A DNA stretch of 64,000 nt from Candidatus Methanomethylicia archaeon (GTDB lineage Archaea; Thermoproteota; Methanomethylicia; Culexarchaeales; Culexarchaeaceae). Both the position numbers and the translations under genes were made by a program. How positions within the stretch are numbered: the first letter of the stretch is position 1; each line of letters starts with the position of its first letter. The stretch is from NCBI GenBank assembly GCA_038727515.1, contig JAVYVS010000002.1:1-64000 (forward strand). The letters run 5' to 3'. A model generated the notes under the pieces. It was not told the DNA's origin. It saw only the letters and a program-made list of their open reading frames with translations, and made no database searches. Positions 9,890 through 21,082 of the stretch are shown here, piece by piece.

Positions 9890-10450
9890 TCACCGCCTAT
9901 TAAAAAGTTTTTTGTTTTCAATATACCTTTGTATGAGGTGTATTAATATGTTCGTAACCTCATCTTCACTCCATTTTTCCGTGTTTATTACTATATCATA
10001 TATTCTAAGATCATTTATGTCTATACCATAGTAATTCATGTATCTAATGTAATTACTCTTCTCTCTATCAATAATTTCATTTCTTGCGTCATCTAAACTT
10101 TTACCATCTCTCTTGGCTATCCTCTTTGCTCTTTCCTCTAATGAAGCTGTTAAATATATTCTTAGATCAGCTTTATCTTTTACAATCCAACCTGTTAAAT
10201 GTCCATCTATAACCACATTTCCATTTTCTGCTTCCATTAACGTCCTCTTATCTACTTCATAATCATATTTAGGATCTTTTTCAGCAATTTTATGAAGTTC
10301 TTTTAAACTTATTTTCATTTGTTCTGCTATTTCCCTAAAGCATTTTCCCGTTGAAAAATACCTTAAATTTAATTTTTCAGCTATTCTTTTTGCTTGTGTA
10401 CTTTTCCCAGATCCCGGGGGTCCACTAATTGTTATAACTATTTTATTCAA
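9890..10450 (-). CDS. cmk: Cytidylate kinase (archaeal type)
   Basis: [14 protein letters not shown]-loop; usual position between rpl34e and rpl14e; TTG start overlaps the rpl34e stop. Confidence 0.9.
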   Translation of the reverse strand: MNKIVITISGPPGSGKSTQAKRIAEKLNLRYFSTGKCFREIAEQMKISLKELHKIAEKDPKYDYEVDKRTLMEAENGNVVIDGHLTGWIVKDKADLRIYLTASLEERAKRIAKRDGKSLDDARNEIIDREKSNYIRYMNYYGIDINDLRIYDIVINTEKWSEDEVTNILIHLIQRYIENKKLFNRR

Positions 10451-10713
10451 TGAACCTCCTCTCTTACAGCTTTCTTTATTAATTTTTCTAGACATTTATG
10501 GTCTATGTATCCTCCATATGGTCTATTAGGTCTTTTTGAGCTTTTAGGTATATTCCTCATTTTAACACTTGGTAAATTTGGTACTCCTCTAAGATTGGAT
10601 TTACATATTGCACATTTAGCTATATTCGGTCTTCTATTTTCGTAATGTACTGCAATCCTTCCACCTGGCGTCTTCCTTATAACAATTCTTTTAGATCTTG
10701 ATATCATCTTCAT
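10447..10713 (-). CDS. rpl34e: 50S ribosomal protein L34e
   Basis: RKTPGG, CAIC, KRPNRPYGG. Confidence 0.95.
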   Translation of the reverse strand: MKMISRSKRIVIRKTPGGRIAVHYENRRPNIAKCAICKSNLRGVPNLPSVKMRNIPKSSKRPNRPYGGYIDHKCLEKLIKKAVREEVH

Positions 10714-10731
10714 TCTCCCACCACCATCATA

Positions 10732-11229
10732 TTAAGTTAGCTTGAATATTTTCTGCAAAATTGGTAATATTAGTATTGAACACAATATATACCATGAACC
10801 AAAGCTAAGTTTATATCCAGCGAAGGGTATTGAAAATGGTGATATTACAACATACCCATATTCTGGATTGTTAAATACTGCTGCAAATATTATGAAGAAT
10901 ATCCATAATGGAATCATAAATATCAATGTTGGTTTCATTCTTTGTGCAGTTACTTCAGCTTCTAAACTTTTTATATATGCTTCCTTCTTTTTCAGCTTCA
11001 TTATCTGTTTTCTATCATTACTAAGCATAGCTTGCCTCATTTGCAATCTCCACTCATTTATCTCAGCTGTATACTTCCTAATCTTCTCTACATCTATTAA
11101 TAAATAATTTGCTAATATCGTTATTAAACATACAGTTATACTTATCGCTATTACCGTCAACGATGATAATGGGGGATCTCTATATGGACCCAGCAACTTC
11201 GTTATTGAGTCAACAATCCAATCTAACAA
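10732..11229 (-). CDS. DUF106 / EMC3-TMCO1 (Oxa1 superfamily) membrane protein
   Basis: TM-coiled coil-TM layout, MKP motif, WYILCS; conserved position downstream of secY. Confidence 0.85.
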   Translation of the reverse strand: MLDWIVDSITKLLGPYRDPPLSSLTVIAISITVCLITILANYLLIDVEKIRKYTAEINEWRLQMRQAMLSNDRKQIMKLKKKEAYIKSLEAEVTAQRMKPTLIFMIPLWIFFIIFAAVFNNPEYGYVVISPFSIPFAGYKLSFGSWYILCSILILPILQKIFKLT

Positions 11230-11291
11230 GGGGGTAATCCTCCAAGAGTGCTTATAGGTATTTTGTGTGTTAAAAATTAAAATTTTTCTCG

Positions 11292-12704
11292 TTACTTTTC
11301 TCCAGCTATCCTTCTAAGTATTGGGTGTAACTCTAACATTTGTTCTTGTGTTATTATACCCCAATATTGATATATTATTCCAACAACTAATAGTATACCC
11401 ATCCCAGAACCTATAGCCCCTAGTAGATCTGCCAATATAGCTATTAGAGCAACTATTATTCCACTTAATATTGTTAGTGTAGGTATATATCTTTCAAGTA
11501 TTCCTTCAACTATCTTTGGTGAACTTCTAAATCCCGGTATTTGAAGTCCTGATTTTACAAGTTGTTCAGCTTGATCCTTTGGACTTAATCCTGATGCTTG
11601 AACCCATATTATCGCAAAAATTACTGATGAACATATTAAAAGTATTGAGTATACTAGTGCATGTATGGGGTCGTTCATTACTGATGTTAATCCATTGGGT
11701 GGTTTAGTATAATACGCTAATCCACCTATAGGTGCATTAGTGGTTTGATTGAAAGTTCCAATTATGTTTAGTATGATATTTGTATTTTCCATGTTAAATT
11801 GTCTCCATATTAATAATGATATTATTTGTATATCGACGAATAGCATTGATGTGAATATTATTGGTATATTTGAGACATATAATAGTTTTAATGGTATTTT
11901 AGTCTTTATTCCTCTATATTTGGCTATAGCTATGGGGATTTCTATTCTAGTTCCCTCCATGTATACTACGAATAGTAGTATTGCCAATGTCACTATTAAT
12001 CCAGTTAGATTTGGTAATCCATATGGTCTTGTTAGAGATGCTATTAATCCCTCACCCATGGTTAATGTCTGTATAGTATATAATATCGCTCCAACATATT
12101 TCCCATCACTTCCAATTACTGGTGAAAATGTTTCCCAAAACATTTGTTGAGCTATACCTGCAGCTATGAATAAGCTTACGCCGCTTCCAAGACCCCATCC
12201 CTTTTGAACCATCTCATCTAATAATATGAGTATGACTGTAGCTATCATCAATTGTATGAATATCAATATTGATGTATACATGTTTAATTGTCCAAATGCA
12301 CCTCCAAGTATATATGATGTTATTTGTATTGCACTCCATATCATTGCCATTAGTTTTTGAGATGCTGTAAATAATGCTCTGTCTCTTGGATTACTAAAAT
12401 CAATATCTATAATTCTTGATCCCACTAAGAGCTGCATTATTAATCCTGCTGTAACTATTGGGCCAATACCCAATTCCATTAATGTTCCTCTTTTTGATGC
12501 GAAAAGCCATCTCATATACATAAATGGATCATATCCAAGTACACCAATTATACCATATAGTGGTATTTCACTCATTATGAAATATATCGTTAAAACTACT
12601 ATTGTCCAAATAAGTCTATCTCTAAAAGGTAACTTTTGCTTTGGTTTTTCAACTTCTGGAAGTAATCTTGTTACTGGTTCTAACAGTTCCAGTATTTTCG
12701 GCAT
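11292..12704 (-). CDS. secY: Preprotein translocase SecY
   Basis: GTLMELGIGPIVTAGLIMQLL, KGWGLGSGVSLFIA, LYVSNIP, QIPGFR. Confidence 0.98.
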   Translation of the reverse strand: MPKILELLEPVTRLLPEVEKPKQKLPFRDRLIWTIVVLTIYFIMSEIPLYGIIGVLGYDPFMYMRWLFASKRGTLMELGIGPIVTAGLIMQLLVGSRIIDIDFSNPRDRALFTASQKLMAMIWSAIQITSYILGGAFGQLNMYTSILIFIQLMIATVILILLDEMVQKGWGLGSGVSLFIAAGIAQQMFWETFSPVIGSDGKYVGAILYTIQTLTMGEGLIASLTRPYGLPNLTGLIVTLAILLFVVYMEGTRIEIPIAIAKYRGIKTKIPLKLLYVSNIPIIFTSMLFVDIQIISLLIWRQFNMENTNIILNIIGTFNQTTNAPIGGLAYYTKPPNGLTSVMNDPIHALVYSILLICSSVIFAIIWVQASGLSPKDQAEQLVKSGLQIPGFRSSPKIVEGILERYIPTLTILSGIIVALIAILADLLGAIGSGMGILLVVGIIYQYWGIITQEQMLELHPILRRIAGEK

Positions 12705-12756
12705 GTTATTTCATATTCAATTCTATTTTTAAACTTATAATCTTATTTAAGAAAGT

Positions 12757-13197
12757 TTATATCTTTATAATTTCTCCACCAGCTTCTTTTATCTTTTTAA
12801 CTGCATTTTCTGAAAACTTCTTAGCTTTTACAATTATTGGTTTTGTAATTTTTCCTTCACCTAAAACTTTACTATATCCAAATTTTGTAATATCAATAAC
12901 TATTTTCCCACTTTCTTCTTCCATTTTTACACCATTTTTACATAGTTTATCTATGAGTAACTCTAACTCCCATAGATTTATTGGTATATCTTCTTCCTTT
13001 TCACTTTTTGGTGGTTTGAAGCCATGTTTTCCAAAGTAATCTCTATCATACTTTAGTACATATGACCATTTATGTTTATGTAATCCCGCTTTTCCTACAC
13101 CACCCTTTTGTCCGCTTCCTCTATGCTGCCTTACCCCATACCCCATGTATCTACTCCCCCTTAACTTTCTAGTCTTCTTCTCCCTTCTCACAACCAT
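12757..13197 (-). CDS. rpl15: 50S ribosomal protein L15 (uL15)
   Basis: RKLRGSR, GGVGKAG, FGKHGF, KVLGEG. Confidence 0.96.
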   Translation of the reverse strand: MVVRREKKTRKLRGSRYMGYGVRQHRGSGQKGGVGKAGLHKHKWSYVLKYDRDYFGKHGFKPPKSEKEEDIPINLWELELLIDKLCKNGVKMEEESGKIVIDITKFGYSKVLGEGKITKPIIVKAKKFSENAVKKIKEAGGEIIKI

Positions 13198-13206
13198 AAT
13201 CTCACC

Positions 13207-13680
13207 TTAAATCATCCTACGTATTAACTTATTTATTTCAACTCCTCTATAACCTAGTTCCCCGTTGGATGAGTAATGTGATTTTATCGATTTTTTAAAT
13301 CCCCCGCTTGGAGGAGTTAATCTAAATACTGGTTTTATATCATTAATTTTATCTATATCAATTTCACCATTAAATATCTTTTCAGCAAGTTCCCTTAATC
13401 CATTTATTCCCAATTTCTCTTTCACATATTCTTCAGTTAACTTTTTATTTCCAATAAGTCTACCTCTTCTTCTAAGAACTTCTTCTAAGGTTTCTAAATC
13501 TATTTCACCCCAAGTTACATAGTTTTCAACTTTTTTCACCATTCCAAGTATGCTTGGTGTTGGTTTTAAAATTCTCATATGATTAGGCTTATTTAATTTA
13601 AGCATTCTTAAGGTATCTTCAAATTCCTTTGGAACTCCAACAGTACCTCTTATCCTAATTACTGCAATTAACTTACTCAT
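13207..13680 (-). CDS. rpl30: 50S ribosomal protein L30 (uL30)
   Basis: AVIRIRG, YVTWGE, VFRLTPPSGG. Confidence 0.96.
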   Translation of the reverse strand: MSKLIAVIRIRGTVGVPKEFEDTLRMLKLNKPNHMRILKPTPSILGMVKKVENYVTWGEIDLETLEEVLRRRGRLIGNKKLTEEYVKEKLGINGLRELAEKIFNGEIDIDKINDIKPVFRLTPPSGGFKKSIKSHYSSNGELGYRGVEINKLIRRMI

Positions 13681-14309
13681 TTCACTATACTCCTCCATCT
13701 AAATCTATTTGTATTCTTTAGAGCGTCATATGTTGCCATTATGAAGTTTAATGTTGTTCTTGTATATCCTCTTGTAAATGACCATACGTCTTGAATTCCA
13801 GCTAACCTAAGTACTACTTTAGCTGGATCTCCTGCAACTAATCCAACACCTCTAGGTGCCGGTTTTAATGTTATCTCTATACTACCACTTTTACCAGCAA
13901 CTTTAAAGGGTACACTGTGGGGTCTTGTACATGAACATTCCCAGCTTCCACATCCTCTATTTACTGGTACAATCTTCAATTTTGCATCTTCTATTGCTTT
14001 ATCTATTGCAAATCTAAGTTGTTTTGCTTTTGCAGTTCCAACACCTACTAATCCATCTTCATTCCCAACGACAACTGCAACTTTAAATCTACTTTGTTCT
14101 CCTGCATCTGTTTGTTTTTGTACTATACTTACATATACAACTTCATTCTTTAAATCTGGCACTAGTATATCAATTATCTCTGGTTCAAGTATTGGTAGAT
14201 TTAGACTATATATTTGATATATTGAGTGTATAGTTCCCTCTTTAACCATTTTCCCAACTATAGTCTTCGGAGTCCATTCCATTTCTTTTAACGCTCTCTT
14301 TTCCTCCAT
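13677..14309 (-). CDS. rps5: 30S ribosomal protein S5
   Basis: [30 protein letters not shown]. Confidence 0.97.
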   Translation of the reverse strand: MEEKRALKEMEWTPKTIVGKMVKEGTIHSIYQIYSLNLPILEPEIIDILVPDLKNEVVYVSIVQKQTDAGEQSRFKVAVVVGNEDGLVGVGTAKAKQLRFAIDKAIEDAKLKIVPVNRGCGSWECSCTRPHSVPFKVAGKSGSIEITLKPAPRGVGLVAGDPAKVVLRLAGIQDVWSFTRGYTRTTLNFIMATYDALKNTNRFRWRSIVK

Positions 14310-14902
14310 CCTTCTCCCCCTATTTCCATTACTATCTTCCTTTTAACTTTTTTGAAATCTTCCACAATATCACTTGGATTTACCCTCATCTTCAAGTATC
14401 TAGAAAATTGTATATTTTCACCACCAACTTCTGCAAAAACTTTTTCCATAAATTCCTTTATGTGATTTCCCAAAATCCTATTTTCATCTGGAAGTTTTTC
14501 TTTAGATACTGGAATATTCAATCCTGCATCTATAGCACCTTTAACCACGGCGAAAACTCTAGAACCTTTTGTTGGTCTTTGCAGTCCTATGTCTAATATA
14601 GCTTCATTTAATCCTAATTTCGCTGCTCTATACCCTATAATTAGTCCAAGTAGGTAACATGCTGGTACATTTTTAAGGGAGTATTTCCAGCCGAGTTTTC
14701 TAAGTTCACTTGTATGCGCTGAAACTATTGTTTCATCACCCTTAATTTTCGCTTTTATCACTTGTGCTATAACATATCTATTAGTTTTCCTAACAACTAA
14801 TCTTGGTTTTCCTGATATTACAAGTTTTAATCTTCTTCTGTAATCAGTCAAATATTCTCTTCTCCTTCTAAATGGAACTTTATATTGTGGTCCTCTAGCC
14901 AT
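14288..14902 (-). CDS. rpl18: 50S ribosomal protein L18
   Basis: [30 protein letters not shown]. Confidence 0.97.
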   Translation of the reverse strand: MARGPQYKVPFRRRREYLTDYRRRLKLVISGKPRLVVRKTNRYVIAQVIKAKIKGDETIVSAHTSELRKLGWKYSLKNVPACYLLGLIIGYRAAKLGLNEAILDIGLQRPTKGSRVFAVVKGAIDAGLNIPVSKEKLPDENRILGNHIKEFMEKVFAEVGGENIQFSRYLKMRVNPSDIVEDFKKVKRKIVMEIGGEGWRKRER

Positions 14903-15325
14903 TTATCTCCTCCTCGCTAATCCTTTTTCCTTTATGTATAGCTTTATTTGTGAGATGCTATCAAAGGCATTACCTTTTACCATCTTATATAACCTTCTAT
15001 ATGTAGATCTATCAATAATTCTTCGCATTTTCAATTGTTTTATGAATTTTCTTTGTGCTCTAACTTTCATAATCCATTTAATTTTATCACTTAATCTACT
15101 TCCCTTACGACTTCCAGGACCTTTCCTTTTACGCTTTTCTCTTCTACTTGTACCTTTTTCAGGTCTTTTCTTTATTACACCATCTTTTATTAATGTTCTT
15201 ACATCTTCCCTTGTTATTGCTTCAATTGCTCTATCAATGTTTTCCGGGTCTATCCAAACTCTATTTTCCCCTACTTTAAGTATTTCTGCAGCCATTCTCC
15301 TAACACTTCTTAAGGTATTTGGCAT
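14903..15325 (-). CDS. rpl19e: 50S ribosomal protein L19e
   Basis: AAEILKVGENRVWIDP, GPGSRKG. Confidence 0.96.
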   Translation of the reverse strand: MPNTLRSVRRMAAEILKVGENRVWIDPENIDRAIEAITREDVRTLIKDGVIKKRPEKGTSRREKRKRKGPGSRKGSRLSDKIKWIMKVRAQRKFIKQLKMRRIIDRSTYRRLYKMVKGNAFDSISQIKLYIKEKGLARRR

Positions 15326-15329
15326 ATTA

Positions 15330-15728
15330 TCATTCTCCTATTTCAATTCTTGTGGGATTTAATATTTTTAATCCCATATCCATAGCCTTCTTAACTATCT
15401 CTATCCTCTTTTTCCTACCTACAGTATGTGCAATTCTTATAGCAAACTTTTTTGGGTCTAATCCCTCTAATTCCTCTGGGTTATGAACAATCTTTTCCAT
15501 GTATCCTGAAGGATGTAATTCTCTTAACATTTTTGGATTTCCATATCCAATCTTTACTATTGGCTTATATCCAGCCACTTGTAGTCTATGTTTATCATCT
15601 AATCCCTTAGGTTTTCTCCAAGCTTCCCCCAATCTCTTTAATCTATAACTCCAAGGTCTTTCGAATTCAATTTTCCTCTTCTTCTTTTTTAAAATTTCCC
15701 TTAGATTTTTTGCCTCCATTTTAATCAT
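15330..15728 (-). CDS. rpl32e: 50S ribosomal protein L32e
   Basis: WRKPKG, IGYG, LHPSG, IAHTVG. Confidence 0.95.
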   Translation of the reverse strand: MIKMEAKNLREILKKKKRKIEFERPWSYRLKRLGEAWRKPKGLDDKHRLQVAGYKPIVKIGYGNPKMLRELHPSGYMEKIVHNPEELEGLDPKKFAIRIAHTVGRKKRIEIVKKAMDMGLKILNPTRIEIGE

Positions 15729-16264
15729 CCCTTTTCATAAACATATATTCCATCTAGAAATACCCTTGGATCTCTACCTACTATTTTTGTTGCATGTTCA
15801 ATATTTGATGCTGTAGTACCTACTTCTTCAATATCTATTCCTTCAATAATTATTTCTTCCCCTGAGACTTTCACATTTACATTTCCAACTATTTTTGCCT
15901 TTCTAGGATATTTTTCTCCTAAGAAATTCTCTATGTAAACATATTCTCCCTTAACTTTGACCGTGACTGGGAAATGTGCATATACTATCTTCATCTTATA
16001 TACAAATCCCTTTGTTACCCCCTTAATCATATTTCTTATATGTCCAGCTATTGTTCCAACTAATGCTTTTTCCTCTTTAGATGGGAAATACTTTTCTACC
16101 ACTATTTTTCCATCTTCAAACCTTATGGTGATATTCTTTGCGTGAGTGAAATCCTTTTCTAATTCACCTTTTGGTCCTATAGCTCTTACCTTTAATCCAT
16201 TTATTTCAATTTTTACTTCATCTGGAATTTCAACTTCTTTTCTAGCCAAATACTCTTTCACCAT
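15725..16264 (-). CDS. rpl6: 50S ribosomal protein L6
   Basis: GPKGEL, HIRNMIKGVT, YAHFP, NFLGE, DPRVFLDGIY. Confidence 0.97.
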   Translation of the reverse strand: MVKEYLARKEVEIPDEVKIEINGLKVRAIGPKGELEKDFTHAKNITIRFEDGKIVVEKYFPSKEEKALVGTIAGHIRNMIKGVTKGFVYKMKIVYAHFPVTVKVKGEYVYIENFLGEKYPRKAKIVGNVNVKVSGEEIIIEGIDIEEVGTTASNIEHATKIVGRDPRVFLDGIYVYEKG

Positions 16265-16275
16265 TTTATTACACC

Positions 16276-16668
16276 TCAATATACGTATGCTAATAAGATT
16301 CCTCCAAGACCTTTTTCCAATGCTTCTCTACTCGTCATAATCCCCTTTGATGTTGATAATATTAGTATTCCTATATTTCTTGATGGTAAAAACTTCTTTT
16401 CCCACATTAATATTTCCTTGTTTTTAACACTAAATCTTGGTCTTATAGCGCCGCATTTATTTACTCTTCCCATCAATTGCACTCTAATTTTCCCAAATCT
16501 ACCATCATCTATTAATTCTATCTCTCCAATATAACCCTCTTTTTGCATTACTCTTAATACATTTAATATTAGTTTTGATGCTGGTGTAATTATACATTCA
16601 TTTTTATTTCTTAATTCACTATTCCATATATTTGATAATGCATTTGATAATGGATCTACGAGCGCCAT
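16276..16668 (-). CDS. rps8: 30S ribosomal protein S8
   Basis: [30 protein letters not shown]. Confidence 0.97.
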   Translation of the reverse strand: MALVDPLSNALSNIWNSELRNKNECIITPASKLILNVLRVMQKEGYIGEIELIDDGRFGKIRVQLMGRVNKCGAIRPRFSVKNKEILMWEKKFLPSRNIGILILSTSKGIMTSREALEKGLGGILLAYVY

Positions 16669-16678
16669 CTTCTCCACC

Positions 16679-16840
16679 TCACATATACTTTTTAAATCCC
16701 ATTTTTTCAGCTACTTCCCTAAAACATTGTCTACATAAATTCAATCCATACTTTCTTATTATCGGTCCTTGATGACCACACCTAATACATGGTCTACTTC
16801 CTTTTCCAAATTTTCTTTCTTTTGGTGGTTTATACTTCAT
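16679..16840 (-). CDS. rps14: 30S ribosomal protein S14 (zinc-binding), 53 aa; below the ORF-track cutoff
   Basis: Hand translation [53 protein letters not shown]. Confidence 0.96.
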   Translation of the reverse strand: MKYKPPKERKFGKGSRPCIRCGHQGPIIRKYGLNLCRQCFREVAEKMGFKKYM

Positions 16841-16843
16841 TTC

Positions 16844-17377
16844 TCATTCCTCCACTACTTCAACTCCAAAGTTATTTTTAAGGTATTCTATTGATTCTTC
16901 AATTTTTACTCTTTGGTTTCTGCCTACTTTACTCCTCTTCCTCTTCCTCCTTGAAACTCTATACCCCGGTTTTTCAAAGACTATTGTTACATCCATTCCA
17001 AAAACTCCTAGGTTAGGGTCATATTTGGTTCCAGGTATATCGAGATGTTCCCTTATTCCAAAGGATATGTTACCATTCTTGTCAAAACTACTTTTCTTTA
17101 TTACATTTCCTTTTGCCATTAATGCTTTCCTCAGAAATTCAATTGCTTTTTCACCTCTCAATGTAACCATACATGCCATATACTCACCCCTCCTTATTCC
17201 AAATTCTCTTATAGTTTCCTTAGCCTTCCTTTTACATGGTTTTTGACCAGTTATTTCTTCAAGTACCTTTACAGCTTTTTCAAGTCTTTCTCCCTGTCCA
17301 ATGCTCATATTTACAACAACTTTTGCTATTTCTATTCTCTGCATTACGTTACTCTTCTCCAATTTTCTTGTCACCAC
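16844..17377 (-). CDS. rpl5: 50S ribosomal protein L5
   Basis: KVVVN, ITGQKP, FGIR, VTLRG, GNISFGI. Confidence 0.97.
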   Translation of the reverse strand: MVTRKLEKSNVMQRIEIAKVVVNMSIGQGERLEKAVKVLEEITGQKPCKRKAKETIREFGIRRGEYMACMVTLRGEKAIEFLRKALMAKGNVIKKSSFDKNGNISFGIREHLDIPGTKYDPNLGVFGMDVTIVFEKPGYRVSRRKRKRSKVGRNQRVKIEESIEYLKNNFGVEVVEE

Positions 17378-18123
17378 GTTGGAATTGATATTAATGGTTT
17401 ATCTTCTCCAATTACAAATACGTATTCTACACTTGCTCTAATTAAATTCCCATTGTAGTCTTCCAATAATACTGTTTTATACTCTCTTTGAATAGGGCCT
17501 TCAATGCTCTTTATCTTGCCATATAACCCTCTATTTTTGCCTTTAACTATGATTGCTTGATTATCTTCTTTAAACTTTATATGTGCTTGTATCTCTTGAT
17601 TTGGTATACCTATTTTTAATGTATCTAGTGTATCATATACATCTTCTTCTGGTTTTGTTGGATTTGTAACTTTTATGAGTATATTTCTTCCATCATGTAA
17701 ATTTAATTGTATGTTTCCACCTTTAACTGTAGTTTTATTTTCTATCCTACACAATTTAAATGTTGCTTCTTCCTTATTTATTGGATGTAATCTTAACCCC
17801 TTTATTGGATCCGGCAATACACGATAATTTTCTTCAGTAGCTGGTATTGAGATTACATCCATTATCCCCACTGGAAACTTTTCTTCCCTCCTTACTCTTC
17901 CATCAACAAAGATTTCTCCCCTCTTTATTATTTTCTTAGCTTCACTTGCTGTTTCAGCATATTTCAAAATATCTCTAACAATTATTAGTAATGGTATTGA
18001 TTCATCTATTGGATGTGGACCTGGAACTGGTCTAACAGTAAATGTATAAGCCTTTTTAGGTATAGGCCAGAATGCTGGTGATGCAAATCTCTTTAAATGT
18101 TTTGGTGGACCTCTCCTACCCAT
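17371..18123 (-). CDS. rps4e: 30S ribosomal protein S4e
   Basis: HLKR, PGPH, VDGRVR, HDGRN. Confidence 0.97.
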   Translation of the reverse strand: MGRRGPPKHLKRFASPAFWPIPKKAYTFTVRPVPGPHPIDESIPLLIIVRDILKYAETASEAKKIIKRGEIFVDGRVRREEKFPVGIMDVISIPATEENYRVLPDPIKGLRLHPINKEEATFKLCRIENKTTVKGGNIQLNLHDGRNILIKVTNPTKPEEDVYDTLDTLKIGIPNQEIQAHIKFKEDNQAIIVKGKNRGLYGKIKSIEGPIQREYKTVLLEDYNGNLIRASVEYVFVIGEDKPLISIPTW

Positions 18124-18505
18124 GTGTCTTCACCTTCCTCTCTAAAGCTTCTTTTCTTGTTTTATCTGATAGATCAAGTTTTGTAATCATGACTTTTGAA
18201 GGATGAATAGGTACATAAATTGTAGTCCCATCAGCTTTCTTACGTGTTGCCCCTTCAACTGTTATTCTCATCTTCTTTAAATCTACATCTAAAACTTTCC
18301 CTTCAATTCCTGCAAAATCCCCCCTCATTATTAATACATGATCTCCCTTTCTCACAGGGAATGATCTCCTATTATACATTCTTCTCAATTCTGGTGAAAG
18401 AGGGGCTGACATTAATTTATGCCTTTTATGTAGTGGAGCTTCAAATATGGCTTTTCTCTGTTTAGATGGTTTTTTAGATTTTGTTTTCCAATACATTTTT
18501 TTCAC
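18116..18505 (-). CDS. rpl24: 50S ribosomal protein L24 (uL24)
   Basis: KQRK..APLH, VRKGD, IHPSKV. Confidence 0.96.
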   Translation of the reverse strand: MKKMYWKTKSKKPSKQRKAIFEAPLHKRHKLMSAPLSPELRRMYNRRSFPVRKGDHVLIMRGDFAGIEGKVLDVDLKKMRITVEGATRKKADGTTIYVPIHPSKVMITKLDLSDKTRKEALERKVKTHG

Positions 18506-18506
18506 C

Positions 18507-18935
18507 TCAAATTATTATACTTGCTAAAGCAGCTATTTTCGGCCATCTTTCAGCTGCTTCTTTAGCTATGGGTCCCCTAATATCTGTTCCTTTTGGTTCA
18601 CCTTCTGGAGTTACTATCACTGCTGCATTATCTTCAAATTGTATCCAGCTTCCATCGAGCCTCCTATATGGCTTTTTCTGTCTAACTATAATAGCCCTCA
18701 ATACTTGTCTTCGCATTTCTTGGGTTCCCTCTTTTACTGATACTATAACCATATCTCCAACGGAAGCTGATGGCAATCTTCTCAACCTAGATTTTAATTT
18801 TGTAACTCCAATTATCTGTACTATTTTTGCACCGCTATTATCTGCACATTTCAGCATAGCCCCTACAGGTAGTCCAGCGCTTACCCCATGTCTATATGAT
18901 ACACCAACAGCTCCCTTCGCTCCCCTCTTAGCCAT
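18507..18935 (-). CDS. rpl14: 50S ribosomal protein L14 (uL14)
   Basis: [17 protein letters not shown]. Confidence 0.97.
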   Translation of the reverse strand: MAKRGAKGAVGVSYRHGVSAGLPVGAMLKCADNSGAKIVQIIGVTKLKSRLRRLPSASVGDMVIVSVKEGTQEMRRQVLRAIIVRQKKPYRRLDGSWIQFEDNAAVIVTPEGEPKGTDIRGPIAKEAAERWPKIAALASIII

Positions 18936-19277
18936 TTAACCTCCCTCCACTTTTTCTATAACTACAAAGGATATGGTTTTACTTATAGGTCTACATTCCG
19001 CAATTTTTACTTTATCCCCCTCTTTTGCATTTATACATGGGGGGTTATGTGCATGTATCTTTGACCTCCTCCTCTCATACCTCTGATATTTTTCTACATA
19101 CTTTAGATAATCTCTTTGTACAACTACAGATCTCTGCATTTTTGCGCTAACAACTATCCCCTCAAGTATTTTTCCTCTAACACTTAATTTTCCATGGTAG
19201 GGGCATAATGGATCATCACATACCCCACTTGGAGGTTTAACATCTGGTATTCCAATATTTCTTACTTTTTCACTCAT
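18936..19277 (-). CDS. rps17: 30S ribosomal protein S17 (uS17)
   Basis: [25 protein letters not shown]. Confidence 0.97.
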   Translation of the reverse strand: MSEKVRNIGIPDVKPPSGVCDDPLCPYHGKLSVRGKILEGIVVSAKMQRSVVVQRDYLKYVEKYQRYERRRSKIHAHNPPCINAKEGDKVKIAECRPISKTISFVVIEKVEGG

Positions 19278-19571
19278 CTACCACCATCTCCTTTTGGGAA
19301 TCTTCTTTAATCTATCTTCAGGTCTTGCAAGTATAGTATTACCATCAACCTCAACTATTTCATTAGTTTCGGTTTCAAATACAAATTTCGTACCCATTTT
19401 CAGTATTACCTTTATTCTACCATCTCTCCTATCTTTTATTTTTATCGTATTCATAGTTTCATCTACAACTATCCCCTCTATTCCTATATAACTTGAATTT
19501 CTACTTTCACTTACCTTAACCTTTAAACCAATTATTTCATGCATAACTATATTTTTTGCATTTATTTTCAT
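19278..19571 (-). CDS. rnp1: RNase P protein component 1 (Rpp29/Pop4)
   Basis: HEIIGL, GIVVDETMNT, RPEDR; conserved position. Confidence 0.93.
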   Translation of the reverse strand: MKINAKNIVMHEIIGLKVKVSESRNSSYIGIEGIVVDETMNTIKIKDRRDGRIKVILKMGTKFVFETETNEIVEVDGNTILARPEDRLKKIPKRRWW

Positions 19572-19786
19572 TTTTTCATCCCCTCTTTCATCCTCATTTC
19601 TCTCTCCACAGTTAATATTCTTGCTATTGCTTTTCTAAGTTCCCTTATCTTCTTTGGATTTTCTAATGGTGCTCCAGAAGCTGCCAATGCTCTTGCTTTT
19701 GCAAGCTCAGTTTTTAGCTCTATTAATTTTTCTCTCCTTTTTTCTGGAGTCATTTTCCTTATCTCTTCAATTCTTATTATCGCCAC
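19568..19786 (-). CDS. rpl29: 50S ribosomal protein L29
   Basis: EIRKM, ENPKKIRELRKAIARILT. Confidence 0.95.
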   Translation of the reverse strand: MAIIRIEEIRKMTPEKRREKLIELKTELAKARALAASGAPLENPKKIRELRKAIARILTVEREMRMKEGMKK

Positions 19787-20408
19787 TCTCCTCCACCTCC
19801 TCTTTTTCAACTTTAACTTCTTCCTTTATTGTTATTTCATCTGGCATTTTTACTGGAGGCATTATCCTAACCTTTATTCCATACTTTCCAGGTTTTAACA
19901 ATATTTCCGCTTTTGCTTCATCTACAAGTAGCTCCTTCTTTTCTCCTGCTTTAAGTAGTTCTCCCATTTTAACTTTCTCATAGTTTGCTCTTTCAGATCT
20001 TAATTTTCCGCTTATTATTATTTCTGCACCTCTAGCTCCTGCTTCCATTATTTGTCTAAGTGCAACAAATGCAGCTCTCCTAAAGTTTATTCCTTTCTCC
20101 ATTGCTCTCGCTATTCTTAATGCCATTACCTTTGCATTCAATTCTGGTGTTTGTACTTGTGCTATCGCTATTTGTGGTCTTTCAACTCCAAACTTCTTTT
20201 CAAGGGTTTCTGCAAGCTTTTTTATTGTTAATCCTCCTCTACCTATTATTAAACCTGGTCTTTCAGCGTAAATCGTTATTCTCATACCCAATGGTGTTTT
20301 AAACATTTCCATTCCTGCATACCCTGCTTTCTCATATTCTTTCATTAAGTATTCATCTATCTGCATTCTCTTGTATCCTTCATGGACAAAATACTTTTTC
20401 ACACTCAT
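19767..20408 (-). CDS. rps3: 30S ribosomal protein S3
   Basis: KH domain RPGLIIGRGG, GAEIIISGKL. Confidence 0.97.
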   Translation of the reverse strand: MSVKKYFVHEGYKRMQIDEYLMKEYEKAGYAGMEMFKTPLGMRITIYAERPGLIIGRGGLTIKKLAETLEKKFGVERPQIAIAQVQTPELNAKVMALRIARAMEKGINFRRAAFVALRQIMEAGARGAEIIISGKLRSERANYEKVKMGELLKAGEKKELLVDEAKAEILLKPGKYGIKVRIMPPVKMPDEITIKEEVKVEKEEVEESGDNKN

Positions 20409-20410
20409 AA

Positions 20411-20875
20411 CTACTCCTCCTCTGCTACGGCAACTTCTATATGTACTAATTGCCTATTATATGGTGATGCTCTTCCAAATGCTCTCTCAATATATCTTTT
20501 TAATGTGGGACCCTTCATTGCTGCAATATGTATTATTTTAAGTTTATCAGGGTCTAAACCTTTAAACTCAGCATTAGCTTTAACTTGATTTAAAACTTTA
20601 ATAATTTCTTTTGATGCTTTTATGGGGTATTTCAAGGCGGTTCTACCTTTAATACCCCTATGATGAGCAATTTTACCCGTATACCTAGTAAATGGTATGT
20701 ATCTTTCCTTTCTACAAACTTTTTCTAAATATTCTATAGCTTCTTCAAGCTTCATACCTCTAATGAATTTACATATTTCATAAGCAGCCTTATATGAAAT
20801 ATTTAAATCTCTACCACTAGCTTTAGCTGTGGTTTCGGGATCCAGTTCCTTTACCGAATATCCCCAGTTAGGCAT
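20411..20875 (-). CDS. rpl22: 50S ribosomal protein L22
   Basis: MPNWGYS, ISYK, NAEFKGL, RAFGRA. Confidence 0.96.
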   Translation of the reverse strand: MPNWGYSVKELDPETTAKASGRDLNISYKAAYEICKFIRGMKLEEAIEYLEKVCRKERYIPFTRYTGKIAHHRGIKGRTALKYPIKASKEIIKVLNQVKANAEFKGLDPDKLKIIHIAAMKGPTLKRYIERAFGRASPYNRQLVHIEVAVAEEE

Positions 20876-21082
20876 ATCTTTAATCTCCTACACATCATAT
20901 TACAGTTTTAAACTAAGCATTTTTCAATAATATACTATAAAAATTTTGCTTTTTTGGTTAATAGTTAAGTTTAAACATAAACATCAGTTTTTATCATGTG
21001 TTGCCTATGTGGTTATGAATATAATTGCTAAAATGATAAAATTTATTAGGGCTATATGTATTAACTTTATGAAGTTGACGGT
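20876..21082. promoter_or_regulatory. Divergent promoter region between rpl22 and rps19
   Basis: AT-rich non-coding gap between divergent genes, with a BRE/TATA-like AAAATTTATTA near 21038-21048 upstream of rps19. Confidence 0.5.

Noticed and set aside
18481-18939. 152-aa plus-strand ORF and many similar 60-160-aa antisense ORFs across the window
   Set aside because: They lie opposite well-conserved genes and have no motifs; they are expected shadows of biased codon usage.
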